DNA of 60,288 nucleotides from an uncultured Gammaproteobacteria bacterium (GCA_963924875.1 CAWUSX010000003.1:1-60288), one strand, 5' to 3'; shown: positions 47,718-58,910, counted from the first letter of the stretch. The notes: generated by a model not told the origin, from the letters alone. Made by a program: numbers and translations.

Positions 47718-49457
47718 CTAAGGATTCAATTTCTCAAGCCCATTATTATCATTCTGGCCATTTTTCTGAAAAATCCCGCTCTCCAACGCCTTACACAAAT
47801 CAATCAAACCATCACACTGCCAGCTATCAATCTGATTTTTATATAACGCCGTATTCAGCTCATTAATTTTATCAGCTAATGATTGATCCACTCGCTCGGC
47901 CAAATCACCCAATGAAAAAACCGGCGGCTCTATAAATACGGCTTGACCCCAGTTTAATAAAGCATCTTTACATAGTTTGGCATCGTTTTCTAAACAGGCC
48001 TTGCCCAGTTGCTTATAGCTTTTCTTAAGTGAAGGCTTAATCACGGGTGGTATTTCTGCGGGTGCCTGCATACTGCGCCTGGCACGCCACAGCATAAACA
48101 GGCTGACTAATAAGGCGACGAATAATAACAGAGAAATAATCTGCCACAATAATGCGCTGCTTGATGATGTTTTTTCAGGCGTTGTTATAACCGGTGCCGG
48201 TACAGTTTCTGTGGGGCTTGCAATAAGTGCCGGCTCGGGTTGTTTGATTGTTGGTGTGGCAGTGGAGCTGTTTACTTTTGCTGCGGCTATGTTAAAGGTC
48301 CGTGCGGCTATTTTTGCGACTTCCAGTTTTCCCGTGTTTACATTCCACCAGGGCACGCTCATTGCAGGTAGGGTAAAGCTGCCTGCACGTGAGGGAATAA
48401 TCGCGACTTTAATTTGTTGTGCGCCGACTATGCCTGCATTGGTATCGGCGGTGGAGGGCGTGTCATTCAGTACGGGTTTATCCGGGTATTGTTTTAAACC
48501 AGCAATTTCCGGGATAACAAATTCGGGTAATTGTGAGGCGCTTTGGCCGTCTACCAATAAAGAAAGTGTACGGGTAATGGGTTCACCCACTTTAAATGTC
48601 TTACCTTCTGGAAAGGCCTCAACCAGTTGCACCTCGTTGGCGGGTAACCAGTGCTTACCATTAAAGTTATCGGGTACGGGGTTTACCGTTATGCTTCTTT
48701 TTTCTGAGGCGCGGCGTACGGTTTTTGTATTGCTGCGAAACGGGTCGCGGTTGTAGCTATTGTTCAGCGCAATACGTGCGCTGGCAATGCTGGGTTCAAT
48801 GGTCAGCTTACCCGCTGCCTGAGGGTAGAGTACATAGCGATGTTCTAGTACTAAGTAGGGCGTATCGCCGCGTTGCGTCTGGTATTGCTTGGGTTCACCT
48901 AATGGCTGTATTGATACATCTACGCCAGAGGTTTTTAATTTTGAAAGTTCATAGCCACTGATATTGCTTGAGCTAAGTAGGCGTTGCGTAACAATAACCT
49001 GTGCCTGTGGATAGGTATTTTGTGTGCTGATACTTAGCTCGGAAATAAATTCTGCATTTGAATTGGAGGATGATGTTTGTACGGGGCGAATTTTAATTTG
49101 GTATTGCGGGCTTATATCGCTGCCGAATTTAATCGGCGGAATAATAATGGTGCCTTCGTGCAATGGCATAAGAGTGACATTCCAGCGCATGCTCTTTTGA
49201 TAACTGCCATTGATGATGCTGATATTGCTGCTGGTGCTTTTATTGAGTACCTGAAAATCTTTTTCTAATGGGCCGAAATCCGGATCGTCATCTACATCTG
49301 CGCTGGCTTCAAATGTAAGGGTGAAGCTTTCATTAAGTTCGACACTGTTTCTATCTATTTTTACCTGAATATCGGCGGCATAAAGATTACTACTCAACAG
49401 ACTAAGTACAGTCAGTAATAAATAGAAAATCCAGGGGTGCTGTGATGATGTTTTCAT
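47718..49457 (-). CDS. BatD-family protein
   Basis: Signal peptide, Ig-like repeats, 'GEPITRTL', 'IKVAIIP', 'PWWNV', C-terminal TM; last gene of the MoxR operon. Confidence 0.85.
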   Translation of the reverse strand: MKTSSQHPWIFYLLLTVLSLLSSNLYAADIQVKIDRNSVELNESFTLTFEASADVDDDPDFGPLEKDFQVLNKSTSSNISIINGSYQKSMRWNVTLMPLHEGTIIIPPIKFGSDISPQYQIKIRPVQTSSSNSNAEFISELSISTQNTYPQAQVIVTQRLLSSSNISGYELSKLKTSGVDVSIQPLGEPKQYQTQRGDTPYLVLEHRYVLYPQAAGKLTIEPSIASARIALNNSYNRDPFRSNTKTVRRASEKRSITVNPVPDNFNGKHWLPANEVQLVEAFPEGKTFKVGEPITRTLSLLVDGQSASQLPEFVIPEIAGLKQYPDKPVLNDTPSTADTNAGIVGAQQIKVAIIPSRAGSFTLPAMSVPWWNVNTGKLEVAKIAARTFNIAAAKVNSSTATPTIKQPEPALIASPTETVPAPVITTPEKTSSSSALLWQIISLLLFVALLVSLFMLWRARRSMQAPAEIPPVIKPSLKKSYKQLGKACLENDAKLCKDALLNWGQAVFIEPPVFSLGDLAERVDQSLADKINELNTALYKNQIDSWQCDGLIDLCKALESGIFQKNGQNDNNGLEKLNP

Positions 49458-49504
49458 ATTATATATTCACACTATATTAATGTTTAGCAAGTGAGTCTTC
49501 GCTT

Positions 49505-51388
49505 TTACCAGGGCTGTTTTTCATTCTGGTGATTTTCACGGCCATACTGATACTGAAATTTTCTGCGTAACAATCCACCCGGGTCATCGGGTATTTTTTT
49601 CAACCACTGCTGGGTTTGTTGTTGGTCTAAATCCAGTTCATCCGACTTATCTTCTGGCTTTTGCATGCTGGCGGATTTGGTTTTTTCTTTTTCATCGGCG
49701 GCTTGCTGCTCGGCGGCCTGTTTTTTGGCCTGTTGCTTTTCGGCATCAGACTCTTTTTTATCGCTATTCTGCTTGGAATTTTTTTCGTCATCTGGTTTTT
49801 TGTTTTCAGTGTCGCCCTGATTTTGATTCTGGCTCTGCTGAGAATCGTCTTTATTATTCGGTGAATCACCCTGCTGTGACTGCTGGTCTTTTTTATCGCC
49901 GTTTTGATTGTCCTGCTTTTGTTGTTTGTCATCTTTCTGCTCAGATGATTTCTGTTCGTTCTGTTGTTTTGCCTTTTCGATCAGTTCTTTATTGTGTTTT
50001 GCATCTTCATGATCGGCCTGTAATTCAATGGCGCGATTGTAGGCCTTTAGGGCCTCATCAAGTTGCCCGGCTTTAGCCAGCGCATTGCCACGATTATAGT
50101 GGGCATCCGCGGTATCGATATTGCTCAGCTGATCTATCGCCTGCTCGTAGTTGCCCGCCTTGTATTCGGCGGCGGCCTTCCACTCGGGATTGTTGAATAA
50201 CTCGGAGGCTTTTACTGCATCACCTTGTTGTAGTGCCGCTTGTCCAAGTTGATCGTTATTTTTCCACAGTGCATGCCATTGTTGATTAAAATCCACTGCA
50301 TGGGCGGGTTGTGGCAGCGGTAAAATAAAAATAAGCAAGGCAAACACCAGTCCACGGCGGAATGCATAGGCAGCGAAAGGAATGACTAATAATAACAACC
50401 ACGGCCCTTCTTCGTGCCATAAATCGGTTTTAAATTTATTGCCGCTGGCATCCTGTTGTGCGTTTTTATCTTTAGCCGATTGTTTAATATCAATTTTACT
50501 TAGTAAGCGATTAATGTCTTTGTCGTCTGCACTTAACAGGCTGAATTTTCCGCCACCGGAAAGAGCAAGTTTACGCATTACTGCATCATCGAGCTTGGGA
50601 ACGACAATAGAGCCGGCATTATCTTTTATAAAGCCACCGCCGCCTGCATTGATAGGCGCGCCTTGTCGCGTGCCAATGGCCAGTACCGAGCTGGAAAAAC
50701 CTTTGGCGTTTAATTCGCTGGCCTTTTTAATGTCCATTGGGCTGGCGCTATCGCTCAATATAAAAATATCGCCTTTAGAATGACCTGCATTGGTAAATAA
50801 CTCCACGGCTTTATCCAGTGCGATATCTAAACGGCTGCCCTGTGCTGGCATAATAGCTGTTTCAAGTGCGGGAATTTGTGCAGCAATAGTCGCGGCATCA
50901 TCGGTGAGTGGGCTTACCGCGTAGGCGTCTGCTGCATATACAATTAAAGCGGTTTGGCCTTCTTTACGGCGTTTTAATATATCATCAATTTTGAAATGCG
51001 CACGGCTTAAGCGACTGGGTTTTATATCGCCTGCATCCATTGAGCGGGATAAATCTAAAATAATGACCAGTGCCGATTTTGTTTTGAAAACCGGCTGTGG
51101 GCGTTTTTCAAATGCCGGACCGGCCAGTGAAACGATCAGGCTGCTGGCGATTGCGAACAATAATACGCTGGAGGTGGTTTTATTTTTTATATTATGCGTA
51201 GCGCTGGCTGTGCCTTTTAATAAATGCGGTAACAGGCGTGGATCTATTACCGATGCCCAGCTTCTGCTTTTTAGTTGCGTGGTGGAATATAACCAGATAA
51301 GCAGCGCTGCGGGAATTAATGCCAGCAACCAGTAGGGGCGTATAAAGTGGAGTTGTTGTAAGAGGTTTAATAGCTCCATTTTATTCAC
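49505..51388 (-). CDS. VWA + TPR protein (BatB/BatC-like)
   Basis: 'DLSRSMDAGD..PSRL', 'PLTDD', TPR 'YNRGNALAKAG', Q/K/D-rich linker, 'DDPGGLLRRKF'. Confidence 0.88.
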   Translation of the reverse strand: MNKMELLNLLQQLHFIRPYWLLALIPAALLIWLYSTTQLKSRSWASVIDPRLLPHLLKGTASATHNIKNKTTSSVLLFAIASSLIVSLAGPAFEKRPQPVFKTKSALVIILDLSRSMDAGDIKPSRLSRAHFKIDDILKRRKEGQTALIVYAADAYAVSPLTDDAATIAAQIPALETAIMPAQGSRLDIALDKAVELFTNAGHSKGDIFILSDSASPMDIKKASELNAKGFSSSVLAIGTRQGAPINAGGGGFIKDNAGSIVVPKLDDAVMRKLALSGGGKFSLLSADDKDINRLLSKIDIKQSAKDKNAQQDASGNKFKTDLWHEEGPWLLLLVIPFAAYAFRRGLVFALLIFILPLPQPAHAVDFNQQWHALWKNNDQLGQAALQQGDAVKASELFNNPEWKAAAEYKAGNYEQAIDQLSNIDTADAHYNRGNALAKAGQLDEALKAYNRAIELQADHEDAKHNKELIEKAKQQNEQKSSEQKDDKQQKQDNQNGDKKDQQSQQGDSPNNKDDSQQSQNQNQGDTENKKPDDEKNSKQNSDKKESDAEKQQAKKQAAEQQAADEKEKTKSASMQKPEDKSDELDLDQQQTQQWLKKIPDDPGGLLRRKFQYQYGRENHQNEKQPW

Positions 51389-52430
51389 TGCCTCGCTTAT
51401 GACTATTGCTGGGCAGCATGCCTTTTATTTGTAATAGCATTTTAGCTAAAGAGGGCAGTAACATAATTAACGCGGCGATGATAAAGGCGAGGCTTAGTGG
51501 CCTAAAGTATAATGCCTGTATTGGGCGGAAGCTCTGGCTTTCCTGCTCGACGGGTTCTAGTTGATCGATTAATGCGTAAATTTTATTTAACTCGCTAATA
51601 TCACGTGCGCGGAAATATTTTCCCCCGGTGGTATCGGCGATTGATTGCAAGGTCTTTTCATCTATCTCGGTATTTTTTATTGTGCGCTTAAAAAACAGCC
51701 CGCCAACTTCACGGCTTTCTGCACCTACCCCAATGGTATAAATTTTTAGTTTCTGTTTTGCCGCAAGTTCAGCGGCTTTTAAGGGCTCAACTTCACCGGC
51801 GGTGTTGGCGCCATCGGTAAGTAAAATTAAAACGTGGCTCTGTGCATCACGGGTTTGTAAGCGCTTAATCGCCAAACCAATGGCGTCACCAATCGCGGTG
51901 GCCTTACCGGCAATCCCAATCAGTGCCTCCTGCAGCATGGTGTTAATGGTTTTGGTGTCAAAGGTCAGTGGGGTTTGTAGGTAGGCCTGTTGACCAAATA
52001 AAATTAAACCAATGCGATCACCTTCGCGTTGTTTTATAAATTCACCCGCAACAATCTTTACCGCCTGCAGGCGATTCATTACCTGGCCATTTAATTCAAA
52101 ATCTTCGGCCTGCATACTGCCGGATAAATCCACCGCCATCATCAGGTCACGGCCACTAATCGGGATGTCTACTCGCTCGCCCAGCCATTGTGGGCGGGCG
52201 GTGGCAATAATTAACAAGCACCAGGCGATGCCTGCGAGGATAGTGAGCCATTTGTTTTTATGCACAAAACTCTGGCTGTGCTGTATAGAGTTGAAGTCAT
52301 TTATAAAGGGAACGTGTAGTGGAATGTCCTGATTTTTATTGCTTGCAGGCACTAAATAACGCACCAGCAGAGGCAACGGCAAAAGTAAAAAGGCCAGTGG
52401 CCAGACGAATTCTAAATTTTCAATGAACAT
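51381..52430 (-). CDS. VWA-domain protein (BatA-like)
   Basis: MIDAS 'DLSGSM', 'GDRIGLILFG', 'TAIGDAI', 'LTDGANT'. Confidence 0.9.
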   Translation of the reverse strand: MFIENLEFVWPLAFLLLPLPLLVRYLVPASNKNQDIPLHVPFINDFNSIQHSQSFVHKNKWLTILAGIAWCLLIIATARPQWLGERVDIPISGRDLMMAVDLSGSMQAEDFELNGQVMNRLQAVKIVAGEFIKQREGDRIGLILFGQQAYLQTPLTFDTKTINTMLQEALIGIAGKATAIGDAIGLAIKRLQTRDAQSHVLILLTDGANTAGEVEPLKAAELAAKQKLKIYTIGVGAESREVGGLFFKRTIKNTEIDEKTLQSIADTTGGKYFRARDISELNKIYALIDQLEPVEQESQSFRPIQALYFRPLSLAFIIAALIMLLPSLAKMLLQIKGMLPSNSHKRGSE

Positions 52431-52939
52431 CAGTGCTCACCTAAACTTATAGGTTGCGCGGGCAATTGTTTGATCCAGTTTTCACAGCTTGTAAATAATT
52501 CGTTTTGGTCAAAATCAAATTCTTGTTGGTATGGGCCATGCACCAGAAGTTCGGTATGCGTGCTAGTAAACGTTGTCTGTTGAGCAAGGTGATTGAGTTG
52601 TGACACCCATTGTGTGCCGGTCAGGCTGGCAACCTTTTCTCTGGGCAAATAACTTAAGGCTATGCGGCGAAGTAAGCGAGATATATCACGCAGGCATTCA
52701 ACGCTCGCTGGTTGCTGAGAAAATTTGATCTTGATACGCTTTAATTCGTTTAGCGCCATTTTTCTATAGGCGGTTTTTTGTTTGTGTTTTTGTATTTTAA
52801 TTATTTTATAAATGCCATAGGCCAGTGCCGCAATAATAATGGGCAATAACCACCAGCCAATTGCGGGTGGCCACCAGCTGACGGCATCGGGTAAATGTAT
52901 ATCGCGTAATGGCAGTTCGTTCATCGCTGGAGCATTCAT
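52430..52939 (-). CDS. DUF4381-family protein
   Basis: 'LRDIHLPDAVSWWPPAIGWW', 'LRRIAL', 'LTGTQW'. Confidence 0.85.
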   Translation of the reverse strand: MNAPAMNELPLRDIHLPDAVSWWPPAIGWWLLPIIIAALAYGIYKIIKIQKHKQKTAYRKMALNELKRIKIKFSQQPASVECLRDISRLLRRIALSYLPREKVASLTGTQWVSQLNHLAQQTTFTSTHTELLVHGPYQQEFDFDQNELFTSCENWIKQLPAQPISLGEH

Positions 52940-53886
52940 TTTGCGCGCCTGGCCTTCGCTGGAAACAGGCCCAGGCCTTTTTGTAATGTCGCTAAATAAT
53001 CGTCCTGTGTAGAAATGCTAATAAAATGCATGCTCAGTTTTCGACATTGATTTTTTAATGTTTCCTGTTGCGCCAGATAACGCTGTCGATATTCTGTGCG
53101 CTGCTGTTTGTTATAGGTGTTCAGATTTAGCTCGGCATCGCCGTTGGTTATTTTATAAATTCCGGCAGGGGGAAGCTGTTCTTCTAGTGGGTCATGTAAT
53201 GCAATGAGGACCACATCTGCATTTCTACCTAGCTGTGACAAACGTGACCAGGCGAGTTTATCCATATTACGAAAATCACTGATTAAAAATATCAGCGACC
53301 CCGGTTTGCTCACCTGTTGTAAGCGCCCAAGTGAATCCGCTGCACCGTGTGTTTCAGTAGAGGCATTATCCTGTTGCCAGGCGGAGTGTTGTGCGAGTTG
53401 TTTTATAAAATGTAAGCTGGCTGATTTTCCACGGCTGGGTCTGAGTTCTATGTGTGCGCTTTCGGAAAAAATTAAGCCACCCAAGCGATCGCCATGATGA
53501 GCTGCACTCCATGCTAGCAGGGCCGCAACCTTGGCGGCCAATACGGATTTAAAATGCTGTTGTGTGCCAAAATGCATCGGCTGGCGATAATCTACCCACA
53601 GCAAAACAGGGCGCTCGCGCTCTTCACGGAATACCTTACTATGTGCCTTGCCGGTACGCGCCGTAACTTTCCAGTCCATAGCGCGAATATCATCACCCGG
53701 TTGATAGGGGCGCGATTCATCAAACTCCATACCGCGACCTTTAAAGGTGGACAGGTACTGGCCGTTTGATTGTGCGCGGATGGTATTGGAACGCAGGGGT
53801 AGCTGGCGAGCGTCACGGTTTAGGCCAATCAGGCTTGATTGGCTAATGCGAGTGACGTCATCTGCGGGTAAATCTTGTTTGGGCAT
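52936..53886 (-). CDS. DUF58-family protein
   Basis: 'GRGMEFDESRPYQPGDDIRAMDWKVTAR', 'ISDF'. Confidence 0.9.
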   Translation of the reverse strand: MPKQDLPADDVTRISQSSLIGLNRDARQLPLRSNTIRAQSNGQYLSTFKGRGMEFDESRPYQPGDDIRAMDWKVTARTGKAHSKVFREERERPVLLWVDYRQPMHFGTQQHFKSVLAAKVAALLAWSAAHHGDRLGGLIFSESAHIELRPSRGKSASLHFIKQLAQHSAWQQDNASTETHGAADSLGRLQQVSKPGSLIFLISDFRNMDKLAWSRLSQLGRNADVVLIALHDPLEEQLPPAGIYKITNGDAELNLNTYNKQQRTEYRQRYLAQQETLKNQCRKLSMHFISISTQDDYLATLQKGLGLFPAKARRAK

Positions 53887-54866
53887 TAAGGGACTGCAAT
53901 GCGAGCAATCAGCTCATTAATGAACTGATCTTTGCCAATGCCCTCCGCTTCTGCCTCAAAGCTGAGGATAATGCGATGACGCAGCACATCATGAGCCATC
54001 GCCTGAATATCTTCCGGGCCAACAAAGTCTCGGCCAGCCAGCCAGGCATGTGCTCTGGCACAGCGATCCAGTGCCATAGATGCACGGGGTGAGGCGCCGT
54101 ATTCCAGCCAGCCAGCGAGTTTATCGTCATAGCGTCCGGGGTTGCGCGTCGCCAGTACCAGCTCTAATAGATAGCTTTCCAGTTCATCAGACATGTAAAC
54201 GTCGAGGGCTTCATTTCGTGCGGCAAATAAGGACTCTTGCGAAAGCGTTACAGAAGGTTTGGCTGGCTCAGTCAGCCCGAGCCTTGCTTCATTGCGCGTA
54301 AGGCGGAGTATTTCGCGCTCCGTTTCTGCACTGGGGTAATCTACGAATACGTGCATCAAAAAGCGGTCTAGCTGCGCCTCGGGTAGTGGATAGGTGCCTT
54401 CCTGTTCCAGTGGGTTCTGCGTTGCCATAACCAGAAACAGCTCGGGTAGTGGATAAGTCACAGAGCCGACGGTGATCTGCCGTTCGGCCATGGCCTCTAA
54501 TAAAGCCGACTGAACCTTGGCTGGGGCGCGATTGATTTCATCCGCGAGAATCAGGTTGTGGAATAGCGGGCCCTTTTGAAACTGAAATGAGCCATCCTGT
54601 GGACGATAGATTTCTGTACCCGTTAGATCGGCGGGCAATAAATCCGGGGTAAATTGCACGCGGTGGAAGTCGCCATCAATCGCTTCACTTAAGACTTTAA
54701 TGGCACGGGTTTTTGCCAGGCCCGGCGCGCCTTCAACCAATAAGTGTCCATCGGCTAATAGCGCTATAATTAGGCGGTCTACTAAGGTGGATTGGCCGAG
54801 TATATGCTGGCCAATGTATTCTTTAAGTTGTGAAATAGCCGTATGTTGCGACAAAGGTTTCTCCAT
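53886..54866 (-). CDS. MoxR-family AAA+ ATPase
   Basis: 'GAPGLAKT', 'QFTPDLLPAD', 'LADEINRA', 'ATQNP.EQEGTYPLPEAQLDRF'. Confidence 0.95.
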   Translation of the reverse strand: MEKPLSQHTAISQLKEYIGQHILGQSTLVDRLIIALLADGHLLVEGAPGLAKTRAIKVLSEAIDGDFHRVQFTPDLLPADLTGTEIYRPQDGSFQFQKGPLFHNLILADEINRAPAKVQSALLEAMAERQITVGSVTYPLPELFLVMATQNPLEQEGTYPLPEAQLDRFLMHVFVDYPSAETEREILRLTRNEARLGLTEPAKPSVTLSQESLFAARNEALDVYMSDELESYLLELVLATRNPGRYDDKLAGWLEYGASPRASMALDRCARAHAWLAGRDFVGPEDIQAMAHDVLRHRIILSFEAEAEGIGKDQFINELIARIAVP

Positions 54867-54992
54867 TGAAGATGTTTAAGGCGTGTAATATGTGCGAGCC
54901 GCTCTTACTAGCGTGCAAATATTATCATTTTTTCATTGAGAATAAAGACCATTAGTAATGCCAAAAGTTTTTAAAAGAGCGCAATTTTTTAT

Positions 54993-55586
54993 ATGAAATT
55001 AGTAAGTCGACTGATATTAAAGCTCATAGGCTGGAAACTGGATGAAAGAGTACCAGAATCTCAACGCTATGTGATGATTGCTTATCCGCATACCAGTAAC
55101 AGGGATTTTATTTTGGGCATGCTGGCAAAATGGGCCCTGGGGTTGCCAATAAACTGGGTAGCCAAGCACAGTATGTTTTGGGGGCCATTTAAACCGATGT
55201 TTATTGCGATGGGGGGCGTGCCGCTGAATCGTGAAAAAACCACGGGCTTTATTCAGAAAAGTATTAAGTTATTTGCGGAAAAAGAGCATTTTATTTTGGG
55301 CCTGATGCCGGAAGGTACGCGTTCTAAAACGGGTCACTGGAAAACCGGCTTTTATCATATAGCACATGGCGCCAATGTACCCATTGTAATGGCGTATCTG
55401 GATTATAAAAATAAGGTAATTGGTATAGGCGATATACTGGAAACCAGTGGTGATATTCATGCGGATTTTGAAATTATTAAAACCTTTTATGAAGATAAAA
55501 CAGGTTACAGGCCGGAGCATCAAAGTGATATGAGAATTGTTGCTGGCGACAAAATTGTCGATAAAACCACCGGAAATAAACAGTGA
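54993..55586 (+). CDS. PlsC-family (lysophospholipid) acyltransferase
   Basis: 'PHTSNRD' (HxxxxD), 'PEGTRS', 'WKTGFY'. Confidence 0.88.
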   Translation: MKLVSRLILKLIGWKLDERVPESQRYVMIAYPHTSNRDFILGMLAKWALGLPINWVAKHSMFWGPFKPMFIAMGGVPLNREKTTGFIQKSIKLFAEKEHFILGLMPEGTRSKTGHWKTGFYHIAHGANVPIVMAYLDYKNKVIGIGDILETSGDIHADFEIIKTFYEDKTGYRPEHQSDMRIVAGDKIVDKTTGNKQ

Positions 55587-56491
55587 AACATTATTTTATT
55601 AAAAGACAATTATTCAAAATAAATATTTTATGGATGCTGTGGCTGTTTGTAATGCCTGCAAGTGCCGAGTCAAGTAAAACAGATTTTATTACAGTAGTGG
55701 ATGATGCGGGAAGGTCGATTGAATTGGCGCAACCGGCACGGCGAGTAATTAGTTTGTCGCCTCATATAACTGAATTGATCTATGCCGCCGGTGGCGATGA
55801 AAAAATTATTGCCGCGGTCGATTTTAGTAATTATCCACAACAGGCTAAGGTCCTGCCCAGAGTCGGCTCGGGTTATCAGTTAGATGTGGAGGCCATTGTT
55901 GCTTTGAAGCCAGATCTGATTATTGCCTGGCGTAGCGGCAATAGTCGTGGGCAGTTGGAACAGTTAGAAAATCTGGGGTTTAAGGTTTATTACAGTGAGC
56001 CGGAAAAACTTGTGGATATTGCTGAAAATTTACGTGATTTTGGCAAGCTGCTTGCATCGTCACCAAGAGCGAATAAAAAAGCAGATAAATTTTTATTGGG
56101 CATTGAACAGCTCAAGGGCAAGTATAAAAATGCCAAAAAGGTGAGCGTATTTTATCAGGTTTGGAATCGGCCTATATTTACAATAAATAGACAGCACATC
56201 ATTTCACATATTATTGAATTATGTGGTGGTGAAAATATATTCAAAGAGTTAAATGTTATTTCTCCACAGGTGGACATAGAATCGGTAATAAGGCGAAACC
56301 CAGACGTGATAATCGCCGGTGTAGGTGAGGGAAGAACCGACTGGATATCTGAATGGCTGCGTTGGCCAAATATTAAAGCAGTGAGAAAACATCAGGTATA
56401 TGGCATTAATGCAGATTTAATTGTGCGTCATACACCGCGGATTTTGCAGGGTGCGACCCAAATGTGTGCTTATTTAGATCAAGCCCGCTAA
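55583..56491 (+). CDS. btuF: Cobalamin-binding periplasmic protein
   Basis: 'RRVISLSPHITEL', 'LKPDLIIAW', 'ESVIRRNPDVII'; adjacent to the B12 riboswitch and btuB. Confidence 0.82.
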   Translation: MKHYFIKRQLFKINILWMLWLFVMPASAESSKTDFITVVDDAGRSIELAQPARRVISLSPHITELIYAAGGDEKIIAAVDFSNYPQQAKVLPRVGSGYQLDVEAIVALKPDLIIAWRSGNSRGQLEQLENLGFKVYYSEPEKLVDIAENLRDFGKLLASSPRANKKADKFLLGIEQLKGKYKNAKKVSVFYQVWNRPIFTINRQHIISHIIELCGGENIFKELNVISPQVDIESVIRRNPDVIIAGVGEGRTDWISEWLRWPNIKAVRKHQVYGINADLIVRHTPRILQGATQMCAYLDQAR

Positions 56492-56600
56492 AAATATGCT
56501 CACCTAAGCAATTGAATATAAATGAATAAACGTTATCGGTGAATAGAAGTTATATTTTTAAATTGTGGAGTCATTGTTAATCCTGTATATTTCGCGCACT

Positions 56601-56801
56601 TATTACAGGTCCTGAATTGTCAGGATAATAGGGAAGTTAGTGAATCGGGCAATATATTATTGCTTGGATAATTCTAACACTGCCCCCGCAACGGTAATTG
56701 AGTTAAATGTATCAGTTTGGTTATTCTAGCTAAACAGTCACTGCGAAAGTGGGAAGGCGATACATTTAATGCCTCATGAGTCCGGAGACCTGCCCGTAAT
56801 A
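56601..56801 (+). ncRNA. Cobalamin riboswitch
   Basis: AATAGGGAA..GTGAA, ACTGCCCCCGCAACGGTAA, GTCACTG..GTGGGAAGGC and GAGTCCGGAGACCTGCC; closing P1 TATTAC/GTAATA; upstream of a TonB receptor. Confidence 0.95.
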
Positions 56802-56916
56802 GCTAACCATAAAGTTGCGGAGGGCGACTCGGTGCAGACTCATATACCTGTTTTCAGTTTTATAGTCTCTCCATTCCTTTGCAACATTATCTTTCTCTAA
56901 AATTTTAGGTGAGCTA

Positions 56917-58881
56917 ATGTTACGTAAAAAACAAAATATCTTATTATTGACCGTACTGAGTGCTGGTCTGTTTTCAAATGCTTCTGTAACTGCAGAAGAA
57001 CTTCCCACGATTGTGATTAGTGCAACTCGCTCAGAGCAAGCTAGCTTGACGACTGCGTCGAATATTGTTGTTATTGGTCAGGAGCAGATTGAACAAAGTG
57101 GTGCTTCCTCAGTGGCAGAAATTTTACGCCGTCACAGTGGTTTAGTTGTATCGGATCAGTTTGGTGACGGTAGCCAGGTAAGTATTGGGGTGCGTGGGTT
57201 CGGTGAATCTGCGAATGCAAATACGCTTATTATGGTAGATGGACGACGATTAAATAATCCCGATATTGCCTCCCCAGATCTGCACAGCATTTCACTTATT
57301 GATATTGAACGCATTGAAATTGTATACGGTAGTGCCGGTGTGCTATTTGGTGATCAGGCTGTTGGTGGTGTGGTAAATATTATTACCAAGTCTATTAAGG
57401 AAGATAGTGCTCAAATTGAATTGCTTGCTGGTAGTTATGCCAAGCAAGAAGCTCGATTACGTATGACGGGTGAATTAAAAGAAAATCTATCTTATAAATT
57501 GATACTGGATCATCGTACGGCTGATAACTATAGAGATCATAATGAAAAAGAGTATCAGCAAGCCACCGGCTTACTATCTTATCGTTATAAGCAAGGTGAT
57601 GTATTTACAGAGTGGCAGTATTCTGACAGTAATTTAAATACACCAGGTCAAATTTTTGCAGATGATTTGGCTGAAGATAGACGTCAGGTGTTAGCACAAA
57701 ATGCAGAAGATTTTTCAGATACCAAGACTAATTTTGGTCGCATCGGAATTAGACATCACATAAATAAAAACTGGTCAGTACAAAGCGAATTAACAGGACG
57801 CCATAATGATGTAGTGTTCAAGTTAAAAGGCAGTGATGGAATTCAAAATAGAGAAGTATATGAGTTCACGCCAAGGGCAATTGGTGAATTTAATATTAAT
57901 GGTAAAGAAACCATTGCCACTGTCGGTATGGATTTTCTGGCAAGTGATTATTTGTTGTCCTCAATATTTGGTGATCAGTTGAATGATCAACTTATCAGTT
58001 CGCTATATACGCAGTTGATTGTATCAATGGATAATAAAACCGATGTAACGGTAGGTGCACGATATGCCAAAGTTGAAAATGATTTAGTTGATTCTGCGGG
58101 TTACACGTTTCCTCAGGATATAACGATTAAAGACAGTGCCACTGTACTGGAATTGGGTGTACGTCATAAGCTAAATTCCGAGATGAATGTTTTTGCCAGA
58201 GTTGAGGAAAACTATCGTTTTGCCAAAGTTGATGAATTTATGCAACCGGCATTTTCTGGATTTAATCCTGTTATTCTTCAAACTCAAACGGGTTTGTCGT
58301 CCGAGTTAGGGATTGAGTGGAACTTGTCGGCATGGTTGTTAGGTGTTTCGATATTCCAGCTGAATATTGATGATGAAATAATTTTTGATTCTGATAATTA
58401 TGCAAATATAAATATAGACTCAACCAGACGACGCGGCATTAATGTAAATAGTCGATTTATTGCAAGTAAAGATTTGAACATTGGTTTTAATGCATCTTAT
58501 ATCGACGCTGAAGTAACGGCAGGATCTTTTGCAGGCAAAGAGGTACCCTATGTGCCTGTTGTACAGGCTAACGTATATACTAGTTATTATGTGAATGACT
58601 CTTTAGATTTTTTAGCTGAGGCTGAATACACAGATGAACGCGTGATGTCGGGGGATTTTTCAAATAACCTGGAACATCTGCCCTCATATAGCGTTTTTAA
58701 TGTTGTAGCTAATTATAAAATTGACAATGTTGTTGTAAAGCTTCGCGTTAATAATCTCTTTGATAAAGAGTATAGCGAGTTCGGATTATCTGGCTATAAC
58801 CCGCTTACTTTTCAAAATGAAGAGGCTTATTATCCCTCACCTGAAAGAAATATTAGTTTAAGTGCAAACATTAAGTTTTAG
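56917..58881 (+). CDS. btuB: TonB-dependent receptor, probable B12 transporter
   Basis: TonB box 'TIVISATR', plug 'VRGFG..NTLIMVDG', 'IERIEIVYG', C-terminal F; downstream of the cobalamin riboswitch. Confidence 0.85.
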   Translation: MLRKKQNILLLTVLSAGLFSNASVTAEELPTIVISATRSEQASLTTASNIVVIGQEQIEQSGASSVAEILRRHSGLVVSDQFGDGSQVSIGVRGFGESANANTLIMVDGRRLNNPDIASPDLHSISLIDIERIEIVYGSAGVLFGDQAVGGVVNIITKSIKEDSAQIELLAGSYAKQEARLRMTGELKENLSYKLILDHRTADNYRDHNEKEYQQATGLLSYRYKQGDVFTEWQYSDSNLNTPGQIFADDLAEDRRQVLAQNAEDFSDTKTNFGRIGIRHHINKNWSVQSELTGRHNDVVFKLKGSDGIQNREVYEFTPRAIGEFNINGKETIATVGMDFLASDYLLSSIFGDQLNDQLISSLYTQLIVSMDNKTDVTVGARYAKVENDLVDSAGYTFPQDITIKDSATVLELGVRHKLNSEMNVFARVEENYRFAKVDEFMQPAFSGFNPVILQTQTGLSSELGIEWNLSAWLLGVSIFQLNIDDEIIFDSDNYANINIDSTRRRGINVNSRFIASKDLNIGFNASYIDAEVTAGSFAGKEVPYVPVVQANVYTSYYVNDSLDFLAEAEYTDERVMSGDFSNNLEHLPSYSVFNVVANYKIDNVVVKLRVNNLFDKEYSEFGLSGYNPLTFQNEEAYYPSPERNISLSANIKF

Positions 58882-58910
58882 TGATTATTGCTGATATGTA
58901 AAAATATAAC

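Noticed and set aside
47718-54866. MoxR-DUF58-DUF4381-VWA-VWA/TPR-BatD operon as a novel system
   Set aside because: A well-known, widespread operon architecture; the Q/K/D-rich linker is typical.
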